Shown here one piece after another: positions 40,750-53,399 of a stretch of DNA of 64,000 nucleotides. The position numbers and the translations under genes were made by a program. The DNA comes from Heterodontus francisci (lineage: Eukaryota). The notes below the pieces were generated by a model. That model was not told where the DNA came from and did not search any database. It saw nothing but the letters and a program-made list of their open reading frames with translations. The stretch is from the NCBI RefSeq assembly GCF_036365525.1, contig NC_090404.1:4340001-4404000 (forward strand). Reading direction: 5' to 3'. Position 1 is the stretch's first letter, and each line of letters begins with the position of its first letter.

Positions 40750-43700
40750 AGTTAATTGTAACTTTATTTAGTAAGGATTTAATAAGTATTTCTTTTAAAT
40801 TAATGTATTAATTAGTGCTAGAAATGTCTGTTAGAGGGGTAAAGTGCTTCACCTGTGAGATGTGGGAGGTCCATGACACTTCCAGCATTGCGGACAACGT
40901 CATCTGCAAGAAGTGTACCCAATTGCAGCTCGTCACAGACCGCATGGATCGGTTGGAGCAGCAATTGGATGCGCTTAGGAGCATGCAGGTGGTGGAAAGC
41001 ATCATAGACAGGAGTTTTAGAGATGTGGGTACACCCAAGGTGCAGGCAGATGGATGGGTGACCGCTAGAAGGGGCAGGCAGTTAGTGCAGGAATCCCCTG
41101 TGGCTGTCCACCTCTCTAACAAGTATATCGTTTTGGATACTGTTGGGAGGGATGGCCTATCTGGGGAAAACAACAGCAGCAGCCACAACAGTGGCACCAC
41201 GGCTGGTTCTGTTGTTCAACAGGGAGAGACAAAGCGCAGAAGAGCATTAGTTCTTGGGTAGTCACTCGGGAGGGTTTAAACTCGTGTGGCAGGGGGGAGG
41301 GAACAAGAGCAGTTGGTCAGCAGGTGAAGCAACTGAGGGGGAACTGGTAAATAAGGCCAGTAAGACTGAGAGGAAGAGCAGGCAGGGAGATGTTGCTGTG
41401 CACTGCGGGACTGGTGGTCTGAAGTGCATTTGTTTCAGTGCGAGAAGTATAACAGGTAAGGCAGATGAAATTAGAGCTTGGATTAGTACTTGATGTTGTT
41501 GCTATTACAGAGATTTGGTTGAGGGAAGGGCAGGATTGCCAACTAAATGTTCCAGGATTTAGAAGCTTCAGGCGGGATAGAGGGGGGTGCAAAAGGGGTG
41601 GGGGAGTTACATTACTGGTTAAGGAGAATATCACAGCTGTACTGCGGGAGGATACCTCGGAAATCTCATGCAGCGAGGCATTATGCAGAGCTCAGGAATA
41701 GGACGGGTGCAGTCACAATGTTGGGGCCTCCCAACAGCCAGCGGGAGAGAGAGAAGCATATATGTAGATAGATTTTGGAAAGATGTAAAAGCAACAGGTT
41801 TGTTGTGGTCGGTAATTTAAACTTCCCCTATATTGACTGGGACTCAATTAGTGTTAGGGGCTTGGATGGGGCAGAATTTGGAAGGAGCATCCAGGGGGGC
41901 TTCTTGAAACAATGTGTAGATTGTCCAACTAGGGAAGGGGCCGTACTGACCCTGGTATTGGGGAATGAGCCCAGCCAGGTTGTCGAAGTTTCTGTAAGGG
42001 AGCATTTCCGGAACGGTAGCCATAATTCCGTAAGTTTTAAGGTTCTTGTGGATAAGGATAAGAGTAGTCCTCCGGTGAAGGTGCTAAATTGGAGGAAGGC
42101 TAATTATAACAATATTAGGCAGGAACTGAAGAATTTAGATTGGGGGCGGCTGTTTGAGGGTCAATCAACATCTGACATGTGGGAGTCTTTCAAACGTCAG
42201 TTGATTAGAATCCAGGACCGGCATGTTCCTGTGAGGATGAAAGATAAGTTTGGCAAGTTTTGGGTACCTTGGATAACGAGGGATATTGTGAGCCTAGTGA
42301 AAAAGTAAAAGGAAGCATTCGTAAGGGCGAGAAGGCTGGGAACATACGAAGCCCTTGAGGAATATAACGAAAGTAGAAAGCAACTTAAGCAAGGAGTCAG
42401 GAGGGTTAAAAGCGGTCATGAAAAGTCTTTGACAAACAGGATTAAGGAGAATCCCACGGCTTTATATACGTATATAAAGAACAAGAGGGTAGCAAGGGTA
42501 AGGGTTGGCCCACTCAAGGACAGAGGAGGAAATCTATGCGTGGAGCCTGAGGAAGTGTGCGAGGTACTAAATGAGTACTTTGTATCAGTATTCACCCAAG
42601 AGAAGGACTTGGTGGATGATGAGGCCGGGGAAGGGAGTGTAGATAGTCTGGGTCATGTCGATATCAAAAAGGAGGAGGTGTTGGGTGTCTTGAAAAACAT
42701 TAAGATCGAGATGTCCCCAGGGCGTGATGGGATCTACTACCCCAGAATACTGAGGGAGGCAAGGGAGGAAATTGCTGGAGCCTTGACTGAAGTCTTTGTA
42801 TCCTCATTGGCGACAGGTGAGATCCCAGAGGAGAGGAAAATAGCCAATGTTGTTCCTTTGTTTAAGAAGGGTGGTAAGGATAATCCAGGAAATTAGAGGC
42901 CGGTGAGCCTTCCGTCAGTGGTAGGGAAATTATAAGAGAGGATTCTTCGGGACAGAATTTATTCCCATTTGGAAACAAATGGACTTATTAGCAAGAGGCA
43001 GCTTGGTTTTGTGAAAGAGAGGTCGTGTCTCACTAACTTGATCGTGTTGTTTGAGGAAGTGACGAAGATGATTGATGAAGGAAGGGCAGTGGAAGTTGTC
43101 TACATGGACTTAAGTAAAGCCTTTGACAAGGTCCTTCATGGCAGATTGGTACAAAAGGTGAAGTTGCACGGGATCAGAGGTGAGCTGGCAAGATGGATGC
43201 AGAACTGGCTCGGTCATAGAAGGCAGAGGGTAGCAGTGGAAGGGTGCTTTTCTGAATGGAGGACTGTGACTAATGGTGTTTTGCAGGGATCAGCGCTGGG
43301 ACCTTTGCTGTTTGCAGTATATGTAAATGATTTGGAGGGAAATGTAGCAGGTCTGATTAGTAAGTTTGCGGATGACACAAAGGTTGGTGGAGTTGAGAAT
43401 AGTGATGAGGATTGTCAGAGGATGCAGCAGGATATAGATCGGTTGGAGACATAGGCAGAGAAATGGCAGTTGGAGGTTAATCCGGACAAATGTGAGGTAA
43501 TGCATTTTGGAAGGTCTAATACAAGTGGGAAGTATACAGTAATGGCAGAACCCTTAGGAGTATTGACAGGCAGAGAGATCTGGGCGTACAGGTCCAAAGA
43601 TCACTGAAAGTGGCAACGCAGGTGGATAAGGTAGTCAAGAAGGCATATGGCATGCTTGCCTTCATCGGTTGGGGCATAGAGTATAAAAATTGGCAAGTCA

Positions 43701-44215
43701 TGCTGCAGCTGTACAGAACCTTAGTTAGGCCACACTTGGAATATTGCATACAATTCTGGTCGCCATACCACCAGAAGCATATGGAGGCTTTGGAGAGGGT
43801 ACAGAAGAGGTTTACCAGGATGTGGCCTGGTCAGGAGGGTATTAGCTGCCAGGAGAGGTTGGATAAACTCGAATTGCTTTCACTGGAACGACAAGGTGGA
43901 AGGGTGACATGATAGAGGTTTACAAAGTTATGAGTTGCATGGACAGAGTGCTTAGTCGGAAGGTTTTTCCCAGGGTGGAAGAGTCAGTTACTAGACGACA
44001 TAGGTTTAAGGTGCGAGGGGCAAAGTTTAAAGGGGATGTGCGAGGCAAACTCTTTACACAGAGGGTGGTGAGTGCCTGGAACCTGCTGCCGGGGGAGGTG
44101 GTGGAAGCAGGTACGATAGTGACGTTTAAGAGGCATCTTGACAAATGCACTAATAGGATGGGAATAGAGGGATACGGTCCCCGGATGTGCAGAAGGTTTT
44201 AGTTTAGACAAGCAT
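40750..44215 (+). mobile_element. Near full-length CR1-clade LINE (ORF1 zinc-finger/coiled-coil, APE, RT), frameshifted
   Basis: ORF1 VKCFTCEMWEV...CKKCTQLQL, then LKCICFSARSI, VVVGNLNFP, CPTREGAVL, YMDLSKAFDKV, QGSALGP, KFADDTK. Confidence 0.94.
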
Positions 44216-44454
44216 TGTTCATTTTTCTTTGAATTGTGCCTCCTTCTTTGTCTAATAGGCTTCAGGATCAGGAAGTCATTCCCAGGGGTTGTCCTCTCTG
44301 ATGTATTCGATAGTCCCTTGAATGTGGGCTCCCTGTTGTGGAAAATGGACCCCAGGCTCTTGGGATAATTCCCAGCATTTATTCTTAATGGTCTATCGTT
44401 CCAGATATTCATTAGTCTTGAGGAATCATTCCCAGGGTTTATTGTCTCTCGTGT

Positions 44455-44660
44455 CTGTGTTATATTTCTAACCTGGTCAGTGCCTGCCCTGGGAGCGTTT
44501 GCTGGTGCAGTGTCGAGGGAGCTTTACTGTGTATCTAACCCGGGCTGTGCCTGCCCTGAGAGTGTGTTTTGCGGCAGTGTGAAGGGAGCTGTCCTCTGCA
44601 TTATCCCGTAAACTACCTATCCTGGGAGTGTTTGATGGACAGTATTCTTTCATATACTAC
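44455..44660 (-). repeat. About 60-bp degenerate shark minisatellite; opposite-strand array at about 55360-56120
   Basis: Units resemble acagtaaagctccctctacactgtcccatcaaacactcccaggacaggtacagc.gggttagat. Confidence 0.65.
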
Positions 44661-45397
44661 ACTGCTCTTTAATGCAACCTGGCACCTGACTGTGACAGAC
44701 CATGGAAGGTGCTCCTCTTCGCTGTGCGGCCATTCCGACCCTGGGCATTGGCATTTTGAGGCAGAAGGAAAGGTGGCTATATTCTGATGAGCCACTGGAT
44801 GGCGCAGCAGCACCATCACCGAAAGACTTTTGGTTCAAACACAAACCAGACAGGACTGGTGGAAAACAGCTGTCAGGAAAAGGGAAAATGTGCAATCGGT
44901 AAAATGGAGCGTGTGAATGGGCCTTGGAGCAGGGAATTGAGCAAAGTCAAGTTAGTCCATTTGTTACTCAAGATTTATTCACAATTTCAAAAAAAACATT
45001 TTACAGAAACATTTTTAAAGGGTCCAAAGTGAATTTAGCACCTGTGAGTCACATTGAGGACAAAACACATGCGATCTGAGCTGTAGACTACTTCTAAAAT
45101 TGTTACAGATCAGAGAGAAAACAGGGGCTCAACATAAAGAGAAGGAAACAGTTGCAAATAAGGGATAGTTATTTATTTACAGATGAAATTCAAACTATTG
45201 TGAAACTCGAAGGTGCATAGACATTATCGGTAAGATTATCTGACACAATTCAAAGAGAAAAACGGAAACAATGTTTATGATCTTCTCAGCTACAGATTCT
45301 GAACCATAAACTGACGGCAATTTACTTTTACAGTTTGTTTGATAATGCAGAGATGTTAAAAAATAAGGAAAATCCAGGGCGGCCGAAATTCGATCGA

Positions 45398-45406
45398 TCA
45401 CTTAAC
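45398..45406 (-). CDS. IGHM: IgM TM2 exon coding part (VK-stop; completes the KVK cytoplasmic tail)
   Basis: TTTTACAG|GTT AAG TGA, with AATAAA candidates downstream (e.g. 45172-45177). Confidence 0.9.
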   Translation of the reverse strand, partial: VK

Positions 45407-45538
45407 CTGTAAAAGAGGGATAAAAGAATGAAGCAGAGATTTCGTGGTCTTGGACATTCATCTCAGAACTATGAAATTTTAGAGATTTGTTAAACAGCTT
45501 CATTTAATTTGAAATGTGAGTGGATTGAATATTCTCAC

Positions 45539-45666
45539 CTTCACCAGAGTGACGGCAGCGCTGTAGAAAATGCTCAGGAAGAACAGGATGATGAATGTGG
45601 AAGCGGTTGTCCAGATGTTGCCGCTCTCTTCCTCATTGTCTTCAATCCAGATGTGGCCTGAGTAAT
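45539..45666 (-). CDS. IGHM: IgM transmembrane exon TM1 ([43 protein letters not shown])
   Basis: Acidic extracellular spacer plus the conserved antigen-receptor TM motif (W-T-T-A-S-T-F...F-x-L-S-x-F-Y-S). AAG acceptor and GTGAG donor; missed by the ORF track. An alternative in-frame CAG acceptor 9 nt further in is possible. Confidence 0.94.
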
Positions 45667-46199
45667 CTTCGGGTTTTTAGAGGAGAAATATATTTAGATC
45701 GTTCATTAATCCAGGATATAAGATTGTCAATTTGCACTCGCAGAGTTCTTCCTTAAGCCATTATTTTGCTCTCTAATTTAATTTTCAGTTTGTATCCATT
45801 GTGAAGTTAATCACTCTCAGCAATCTACCTCTGTTACTAACCCCACAGCCATTCTTCCCATATGATCCTCGTCCAGGCCCTGTTGGAAAATATGATATTT
45901 CTTTCTTCAGGGTCAGGCGCTATTCTCGTCTGGATCAATCTTGTTCTATCATTCGGGATATAGATGGAATTTTACTGATCAATATCGATAGTTTTGAGAT
46001 TTTCATTGGTGCTGGGTAAGAGATTGGATGCAAGTTCTAATCTTGTTTATTTGTGATGGAAGTTGTTGGTCAATCATTAACTGACCTCACTTTCTAAGTG
46101 AAAACTTTGCTTCACTGTGTTTGTAGGTCCAACATGTATGAGGGAATATGTTGGAAAAGGTGCCCATTCAAACAGTGCATTTGAATGCAACTTTCACAT

Positions 46200-47260
46200 A
46201 TAGCCTGGTGCTTTTGTTTGTACGCTTTAATACATGTGTATGTGTGCATAAGTATCTGTTACTTTGCATCACTCAGTGCGTGTCCATGGCTTGTGTGTGT
46301 GAGATTTAATGTATGTTTTAATGCATTTCTTTGTGCACCCGCCTGTGAATGTCTCAATGTGCGTATTTATATCTTGATGCCTGTGTGTTGTGTCCCTGTA
46401 TGTTAGTATGTGCTTATGTGCCAATGTGTATCAATGTGTGTTTTCAAGTGGCCGCGTGTGTGTGTATGTGCATGTGCGTGTGTATAAAATATATCATCCT
46501 TAATGTTTTGTCTTCATTCATCCATGTGTGTGCATGAGCATGATAATGTTTGTTTTTGTGTGTGGTTTGGTCCCCATGCGTGCTTCATGTTGTGAGCTTT
46601 TGTGTTGACAGATGTCTTTATGTTTTCCTGTGTGTCAATGTGTGTTTATGTTTCCATGTGTGCGTATGAGTTTGTTAATGTTTGTTTTTGTGTGCTTCTG
46701 TCCCCATAAGTGTGATAATGCGTCTGCTTTTGTGTTGATGTCTACGTTTATGCATTAATATGTGTGATTATGTGCACATGTGTGCTAATGTGTGTGTTAT
46801 GTGCATGTTTTTGCATCCATGTATGTGTCATAATGTTAATGTTGGTGTCTATTTGTGTGTGAGTGATCGTGTTAATGTGTCTGTCTAAATGTTTGTGTGC
46901 AGATGTGTTAGTCTGTTAATGTGAGAGTATGTTTCCATCTAGCTGTGTTTATGTCTATGATAATGAAAGCTTTTCCGTCTCTGTTTCTGTGTTTGTGAGA
47001 CTGTACTAATGTGTACATTTATGTTTATTTTTGCGTGGGTGACTGTGAAGTGTTTATATCTGCGTTTGAGTCTGTTTGTGTGTGTAGGTGTAATTGTGTG
47101 GTTGTGCATTTGAGTGTGTTTATGTGTGTTGTTTTGTCTGTGTGCCTGCGCATCTTTATTCTTGTTCAAAGTTTTACAGAGAATAAATAACCGGGTCTGA
47201 CGCTGATGGTGTGCATTATGGAGAATATTCTTCACTGTTCTGTGTATAAATGTATTCTGT
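46200..47260. repeat. About 1 kb degenerate TG-rich low-complexity tract in the CH4-TM1 intron
   Basis: Continuous tgtgtg/tatgtg composition. Confidence 0.85.
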
Positions 47261-47312
47261 GCGAGATGTCATCTGACATCATCTGAATGACTGTAACAAT
47301 GCAACTGATGGA

Positions 47313-47522
47313 TAAAAACAGAAGTTCTGGAAATACTCAGCAGGTCAGACAGCAGCTGTGGACAGAGAAGCAGAATTAACGTTTCAGGTCGGTGCCCTTT
47401 TCACACACCTGAAATGTTAACTCTGCTTCTCTCTCCACAGATGGTGCCTGACCAGCTGAGTATTTAAGCATTTTCCGTTTTTATTTCAGATTTCCCCCAT
47501 GTGCAATATTTTGCTTTTATTT
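47313..47522. mobile_element. Short palindromic Penelope-terminus-derived element; related pieces at about 18222-18380 and 63715-63835
   Basis: aatactcagcaggtcagacagcagctgtggacagagaagcagaattaacgtttcagg followed by its approximate reverse complement. Confidence 0.7.
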
Positions 47523-48436
47523 CCATGAAACTGATGGGCCTCAGAATCATCAGGAACAGGAGATGATTAAATCTTCAGCTAGATTTAGATGATTAGATTA
47601 TTAGAATTTAACAGGGAAACCGTGAACGATATTACGTTACATAAATAATTATTTTACAATATGATTCCCATGTGGAAAGTTTAAAATCTTCGCACACTGC
47701 GCTCGAAGCCGACTTTGTACTGATGGCATTTGAGTCCGTTTAATAGAGAGCGGGGGAGTGGGAGTATAAGGTTTACAAATTTCCTTGCCCCTTTTTCTGT
47801 TGGAGGAAATGTGGCGAGGAGCTACAGTCGGTTCACAATTCTCTTTACCGTCTGTCTGTTGCAGAAGTACCGTTGCAGTGGATTCACAAGTACCCTTTCC
47901 TCTTCACTGTTTGGGAAGTGGGGTACAGTGTTTTAGTAAATTCCTCTTCCCCCTCTTTCTGATGGGGGATTTTGGGAAGATTTCGTATTCGTGTGTGGCC
48001 ATCACTTCAGTTCCCAGTGCGCATGATGCTGCAACTAAAAACTGACCCTATTCTGAAGGGATGGCCAACACGAGAAGCAGGTACACCGAGATCTAAATGC
48101 ACTGCGTATTTTTGTTGGTAAGGAGAAATGTCCAGGTTCTCCATCTCCTCCTCCCCGGCCCCCCACCCCTGTCCCCCTCTAATGCTCCCCACCGCCTCCC
48201 CCTCCTCCAACAGGAGGAAAGTTGCTGAAATACTTCCACAGAATCCAATAATGAATCAGGTTTACTCTGTGAATTATTATGTGCTGGAAACACTGGTTGT
48301 ACAAGACTTGGGCCCGAGACCTGCAAATATCATGCTTTGATGAAAAGACCTACACTTAGCAAATGTGGGAAGCACAATTAATTGAGCTGTTGTGTATTTA
48401 AATCGCGATTGGAAGAAAAGGTCTTTGTTGTGTTTT

Positions 48437-48442
48437 TTTATT
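48437..48442 (-). terminator. PolyA signal for secreted mu transcript
   Basis: AATAAA about 30 nt after the secretory stop codon. Confidence 0.7.
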
Positions 48443-48470
48443 TAAGAATTGAAATGCAATCGAGAAATTC

Positions 48471-48865
48471 TCATTGACATGAATTAACGGTGTCCAACAG
48501 TGCAAGGGAAATGTTCACAAAACTCGGTTTACCGCTGGATTTATTAACTGTTCTGTTGATGATCTTCAAGGGGATCGCTTCATGTCCCACCACACAGGAG
48601 TAAGAAGCGCCGCTGGCCCACTCCTCCGCTGCAATGGATAACAGGCTGTAGATGAAGAAGGAGCTATTGTCGTTCTCCGCCATCACCTCGGTGTTCTTGT
48701 AGTTGCCGGGATTCACCGACTTGTCATTGACAGTCCACTTGACGAAGATCTCTCGGGGGGAGAAACCTCTCACTAAGCAGGTGAGGGAGAGGAACCTCTC
48801 AGCGGAGATTTCTTCTGCTGGGGGCAGGAGAACAGACACAGATGGTTCCCGCAGATCTTTCCATG
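48471..48865 (-). CDS. IGHM: IgM CH4 exon plus secretory tailpiece; internal donor after 48533 for the membrane form
   Basis: CAG acceptor. Encodes [16 protein letters not shown]...[17 protein letters not shown]...[23 protein letters not shown]|[20 protein letters not shown]. The tailpiece has an N-I-S sequon and a penultimate Cys, and there is a G|GTAAA cryptic donor. Confidence 0.97.
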
Positions 48866-49335
48866 CTGAAAAATTAAAATAAATGTCAATAAACGAGACA
48901 ATTTCAGAGACAATGACACCGGTGGTTAAATGTGAGAGAAATTGAGAAGGTTTTCCTTTTCCTCTCTGGGGCCTGTGCTGTTTTCCAGCTGGCGCAGAGG
49001 CGCTGCAATCCTGCTCGCCGAGAACATAAAGGATTAGACTGGAAAATTACATAGAACTTGCAGCACAGGAGCAGGCCATTAGGAGGAGCTAGCCTATGCT
49101 GGTGTTCATGCTGCACACGGACCTCCTCCCACCTTACTTCAGCTCTTTCTATTCCTTTCTCCATAATCTACGTATCCAGCGTCGCCTGAAATGCATCACC
49201 TCTGGTCCCAGGGAGGTTCATTAGTGAATTACAATTAAATTATCAGCGTAATCCATTCAACCACTTAATTGGGCCTTGCACAAACACCGGCAATAAGCAC
49301 AACCTCTGACTTATTGCTTCAATCACATTGCTCAC

Positions 49336-49641
49336 CTTCCTTGTGGATGGAATCTCTGAGAGGAGTCGGCAGATCCTGATGGCTCACCACACAGTAGAAC
49401 ACAGCCTCACTCAGCCAGGCTTGTGTCGAGATGTCTACGGTGCTGATCACGCTGTCGGGATCCTCTCCGGGTTGGACGGCAATCTCTGATTTCAAAGGCT
49501 TCTGTTCTTGTGTCCAGGACACGTTGACACCATAAGGAGCATTAGACACGACGCAGGTTAAGGTGACCGTGGCCTCCAGTAAGACCTGTTCTATTGATGG
49601 TGGCAGTAGTTTAATTACTGGATGATTGCACTCGGAAGAAT
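49336..49641 (-). CDS. IGHM: IgM CH3 exon
   Basis: CAG acceptor and GTGAG donor. Encodes [33 protein letters not shown]...VSWTQ...[21 protein letters not shown]. Confidence 0.96.
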
Positions 49642-50139
49642 CTGTAGAACAGAAATGAGAGTCGAAGAAATCTCCATCTTCAGGATCAGGACGCGAGTAT
49701 TTAACTATCACTTTCTTCAGGAGGGGAAAAACACCTTTCACTTCAACACTGTCGTTCATGGGAAGGGCAACGATTTGTAAAATCTGGGACATCCAAGCGG
49801 ATTACACCTCTGCTGAATATAATGGCTCTGTCACCCCAGGACATGAGCTACACATGTAATTCATACTGGCTCAAAACGAATGAAATTACGAATTTTAGGA
49901 CCAACTGGAAACAAAGTTATTGTTCTGGTGCCTTGTCAGTATATTTGGGGAGATGAAAATGTTCAGCAACCAGTCAGAGGAGGGGCGAAAGGTTGGTAAA
50001 ATGCAGTCCCAAGGTTTTTGTTTTTGTGTGGTGAGGAATAATTCGCAATACCGGATGAGATAGTTTTCTAATATCTGCCACGAGTGAGTATTTATGTGTC
50101 GGCCTGGAGTTAGAAGGCGATCTGACCACAGGACTGTAA

Positions 50140-50690
50140 TAAGAACATAAGAATAAGAGGAGGCCATTCAGCCCCTCGAGCACGTTCCGCCATTCAATTA
50201 CACGATGGCTGAATTGTATCTTAATTCTGTTTACCCATATATAACCCTTAATACCCTTACCTGTCATAAATCTATCACTCGCAACATTAAAGTTTTCAAT
50301 GGATGTCAAGCTTCTAAAGCGAGTTGGGGGAGAGAATTCCAGATTACCGCTATCTACTGTGTGAATATTCCCTTCCTGATATCATTCCTGAATGACCATG
50401 GTCTAATCTGAAGGTTATGCCCCCTTGTTCTGAAGTTCCTCACCAGAGGAAATATTTTTCTCCATTGACTCCATCAATTCCAGTAAACATCTTAACCACC
50501 TCAATTAGATCACCCTTTAATCTTCTATACTCAAAGCAATACCAGTTTGGCCTGTGAAACCTGTCCTCATAACTTAACCCGATCAGCCCCGTTATCATTA
50601 TGGTCAATTCTTGTTGCACCACTCCCAAGACCAATACATTCTTCCTGTGCTCTGCAGTCCAGAATTGAACACAGTTTTCTAAATAGGGTA
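50140..50690 (-). mobile_element. CR1 3' fragment in the CH2-CH3 intron
   Basis: LENCVQFW..EYRRLKGDLIEVVKM; aagaacataagaa tail. Confidence 0.8.
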
Positions 50691-51042
50691 GATGCTCTTT
50701 CTGGCACCTGATTCCGAGGCCGTTACCAAGAAAGGGTTCCAGATGCCGATTGCTGCTCCGTGTATGATTAGCCCATTCAGGATAAAGCTGATTTACAGGC
50801 CACCTCACTCACTACATGACATCACAGTAGAGCTAATCATTCTTTCATGATGTGATGACATGTTGAACCGTGAGCAATCCTAATTTCTAATTTCTAAATC
50901 CTAAACTCACAGCGAAATAACACATAAGAACTGCACGATGGCGATTTAGAAATTGTTCTTTGTACTAATTCCAATAAATTCCTGTCTTTCAGTAACATGG
51001 AGTACAGAAAGATGTGGAGCTTCCTGGGACTGTGCATCTTAC

Positions 51043-51360
51043 CTGGAGATCCGGTGATGTTTTGGCTTTGGGTGGCCGCTTGATGGGAGACCTGGCAGGT
51101 ATAGACCGTGTTGGTGAACCATTCCCGAGCGGGAACTGTCAGCCGACTGGTTGCTGAGAAGTTCCCGTTCGTTTCACAGGCGGGAGAGGTGACGAAGCCC
51201 GATTCCATGGGATGTCCATCCTTCAACCAACTCACGGTTATTGCTTCTGGATGGAAATCGATGATTGAACACACGACAGTTGCAAATCTGCTGCTTGTGA
51301 TTTCTTCACTGGAAGTCTGGGTGAGGATAACAGTTGGATGGACGATGTCACCTTTACAAT
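51043..51360 (-). CDS. IGHM: IgM CH2 exon
   Basis: AAG acceptor and GTAAG donor. Encodes [15 protein letters not shown]...[21 protein letters not shown]...[20 protein letters not shown]. Confidence 0.96.
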
Positions 51361-51572
51361 CTTTAAGAAAAAACACGTTAGACATTTCTAGAAGAAATTA
51401 ATAACTAATACAAACTGTTCTTATATTTTAACAGGTTATTTGCATCAAGCAGGCACTAACTGATGTTTCCAGGGGTCTGAACTGTGCACAACACTCTAAA
51501 TGTGGAATAGCCAAAGTTCTACACAAGATCCTTCTAGCTTTTCTGTTTTTCCACAGTTTCCACAACACTAAC

Positions 51573-51869
51573 CTGGAATTTCCTTGATCCAGAGCGACTC
51601 TCCGCGTCGAACCTCGCAGTAGATTTTGCTGCTTCCCACCTCTGAATCGGTGATGGTTAATTGGCTGCTCAGGGTGTAGGTTCCCTTCTTGTTCAGCACT
51701 GACGGGTAAGTCTTCAAACCAGTGGTGATCGGTTCTTTACCTTTCTTCCAGGAAACGCTGGTGATTTGGGGCATGTAGTCCATCGCCAAACAGCCGTAGG
51801 CCATGGAGCCGTCGGTGTTGGGTTGTTCACAGGAGCACAGGCCGTAAAGGGTTGGGGGAGACGGTGTCG
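51573..51869 (-). CDS. IGHM: IgM CH1 exon
   Basis: TAG acceptor and GTTAG donor. Encodes (A)[15 protein letters not shown]...YGCLAMDY...VSWKK...[17 protein letters not shown], a C1-set Ig domain of shark mu type. Confidence 0.96.
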
Positions 51870-53399
51870 CTAGGAAAGAATGGCAAATTGAACAAGTTAG
51901 ACTGTGATTCCTGCTTATTAAATAACCAGACAACTCGCAATTCGACTCCAGCTGGAAACTGATTCCAATATTTTCTGATTAAAACCTTCATCCGCATTTG
52001 AGCTGCGATCAGTTACATCATTTGGTGATCATCACCTGTCGGTCTCCTGGTCAGGAACACACCTCTCTTTCAGGACCTGTCACATTACTAAAGTAAGAGC
52101 CTTTTGAAGTTATCTCAATAAGGTATTTTTCATTGGATTAAACTGAAAGAGGAGTTTCCCACTTTGTTCGGCCAATATTTATTTCTAAATCAACAACACT
52201 TGGTCAAAAAACACGCGGCATTTAGTTTTTGGAAATTTCTTCTCTGCAAATTGACTGCTGGGTTTCCCCGCACCTCCACCTCCTCCCAGCGCCCCTCCCC
52301 ACCACCAGCAGACCACCCCGCACCACCCCCCCACCAACCCCCACTCCCCCTCCAAATAAATAGCAACTAGCCTGAAAAAGTGCCATTGGAATGCGTGCTT
52401 ATAAAATGAACTTAATACTGTAAACTTGAATACCAGGCAAATTCATTCCATTATTTTCCCATAAAAACCTACAAAACATCCGATCATGCTTATGACCCAG
52501 GGTGATAAATTCATAGACATGATAGCTGAGAAGAAGGCCATTCGGTCCATCAGGCCTGTGAAAGATCACTCCAGCGATCCCGCTGACCTTCCAATTCCTA
52601 ATCTTCTTTTCAAAATTTCATTTTATCCAGCTCTTTTAGATTCTATTTACAGCCCTCTTTCTGACAGGACATTCCAGATCCGAGCAACCCCCTGTGTAGA
52701 AGAGTAGATTCATACCCTCTTCCTTCATTCTTTTGACGCTGATTTTAAATCAGTGCCCTCGACAGACCAACTCACTGATCTGGGCAAATTGGTTTCTGAA
52801 TTTCTGTGTAAAACATTCATTATTCAAAACACCTCTAGCAGACTTCATTTTAATCTTCTATGTTCCCATAATAATGAAGAACTTTTACAATAAATAGTTG
52901 AAGTCTACTTTAAAATATGGACTGAATCATTTAGTACACAGATGTCAGAGGGGAATTTTTACACAGCCTAGTTTCTGGAATTAAAGTTTTTAATGACTCG
53001 GCAATGACTCTAAGCTATCACTTTCCTTTTAAGTACTTGAAGATTGTGACTTCTGTTCTATATTATTCGACTGAATGGATTCTCTGGAGTTTGCTTCTCC
53101 CTCCAACTCAAATAATAAACCGAATTAAATCCGATCCCTAAAAATCGGTCATTTGGACTGATGCGCTTTAAAGTTAATTTTCCAAAGTATCTTCCCACCC
53201 CTCACCAGTGAGAACTGGTGTTGCTGACTGTGTCGTGACAGACACTTCTTCTTGCTGCTTGCACCGACCATAATGTGAACACCAGGACAGGTTTCTTCTA
53301 CAAATATCTGATATTGTCATTACTTACACATTATAAATCGAGTGAATATCAGTCGGTTCCATGGAAGGAAGGACAAAAGTTCCTGAAGTGTTATTGCTG

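Noticed and set aside
45398-51869. IgW, IgNAR or IgM1gj isotype
   Set aside because: Four CH exons including CH2, a mu-type tailpiece and a conventional VH indicate standard IgM.
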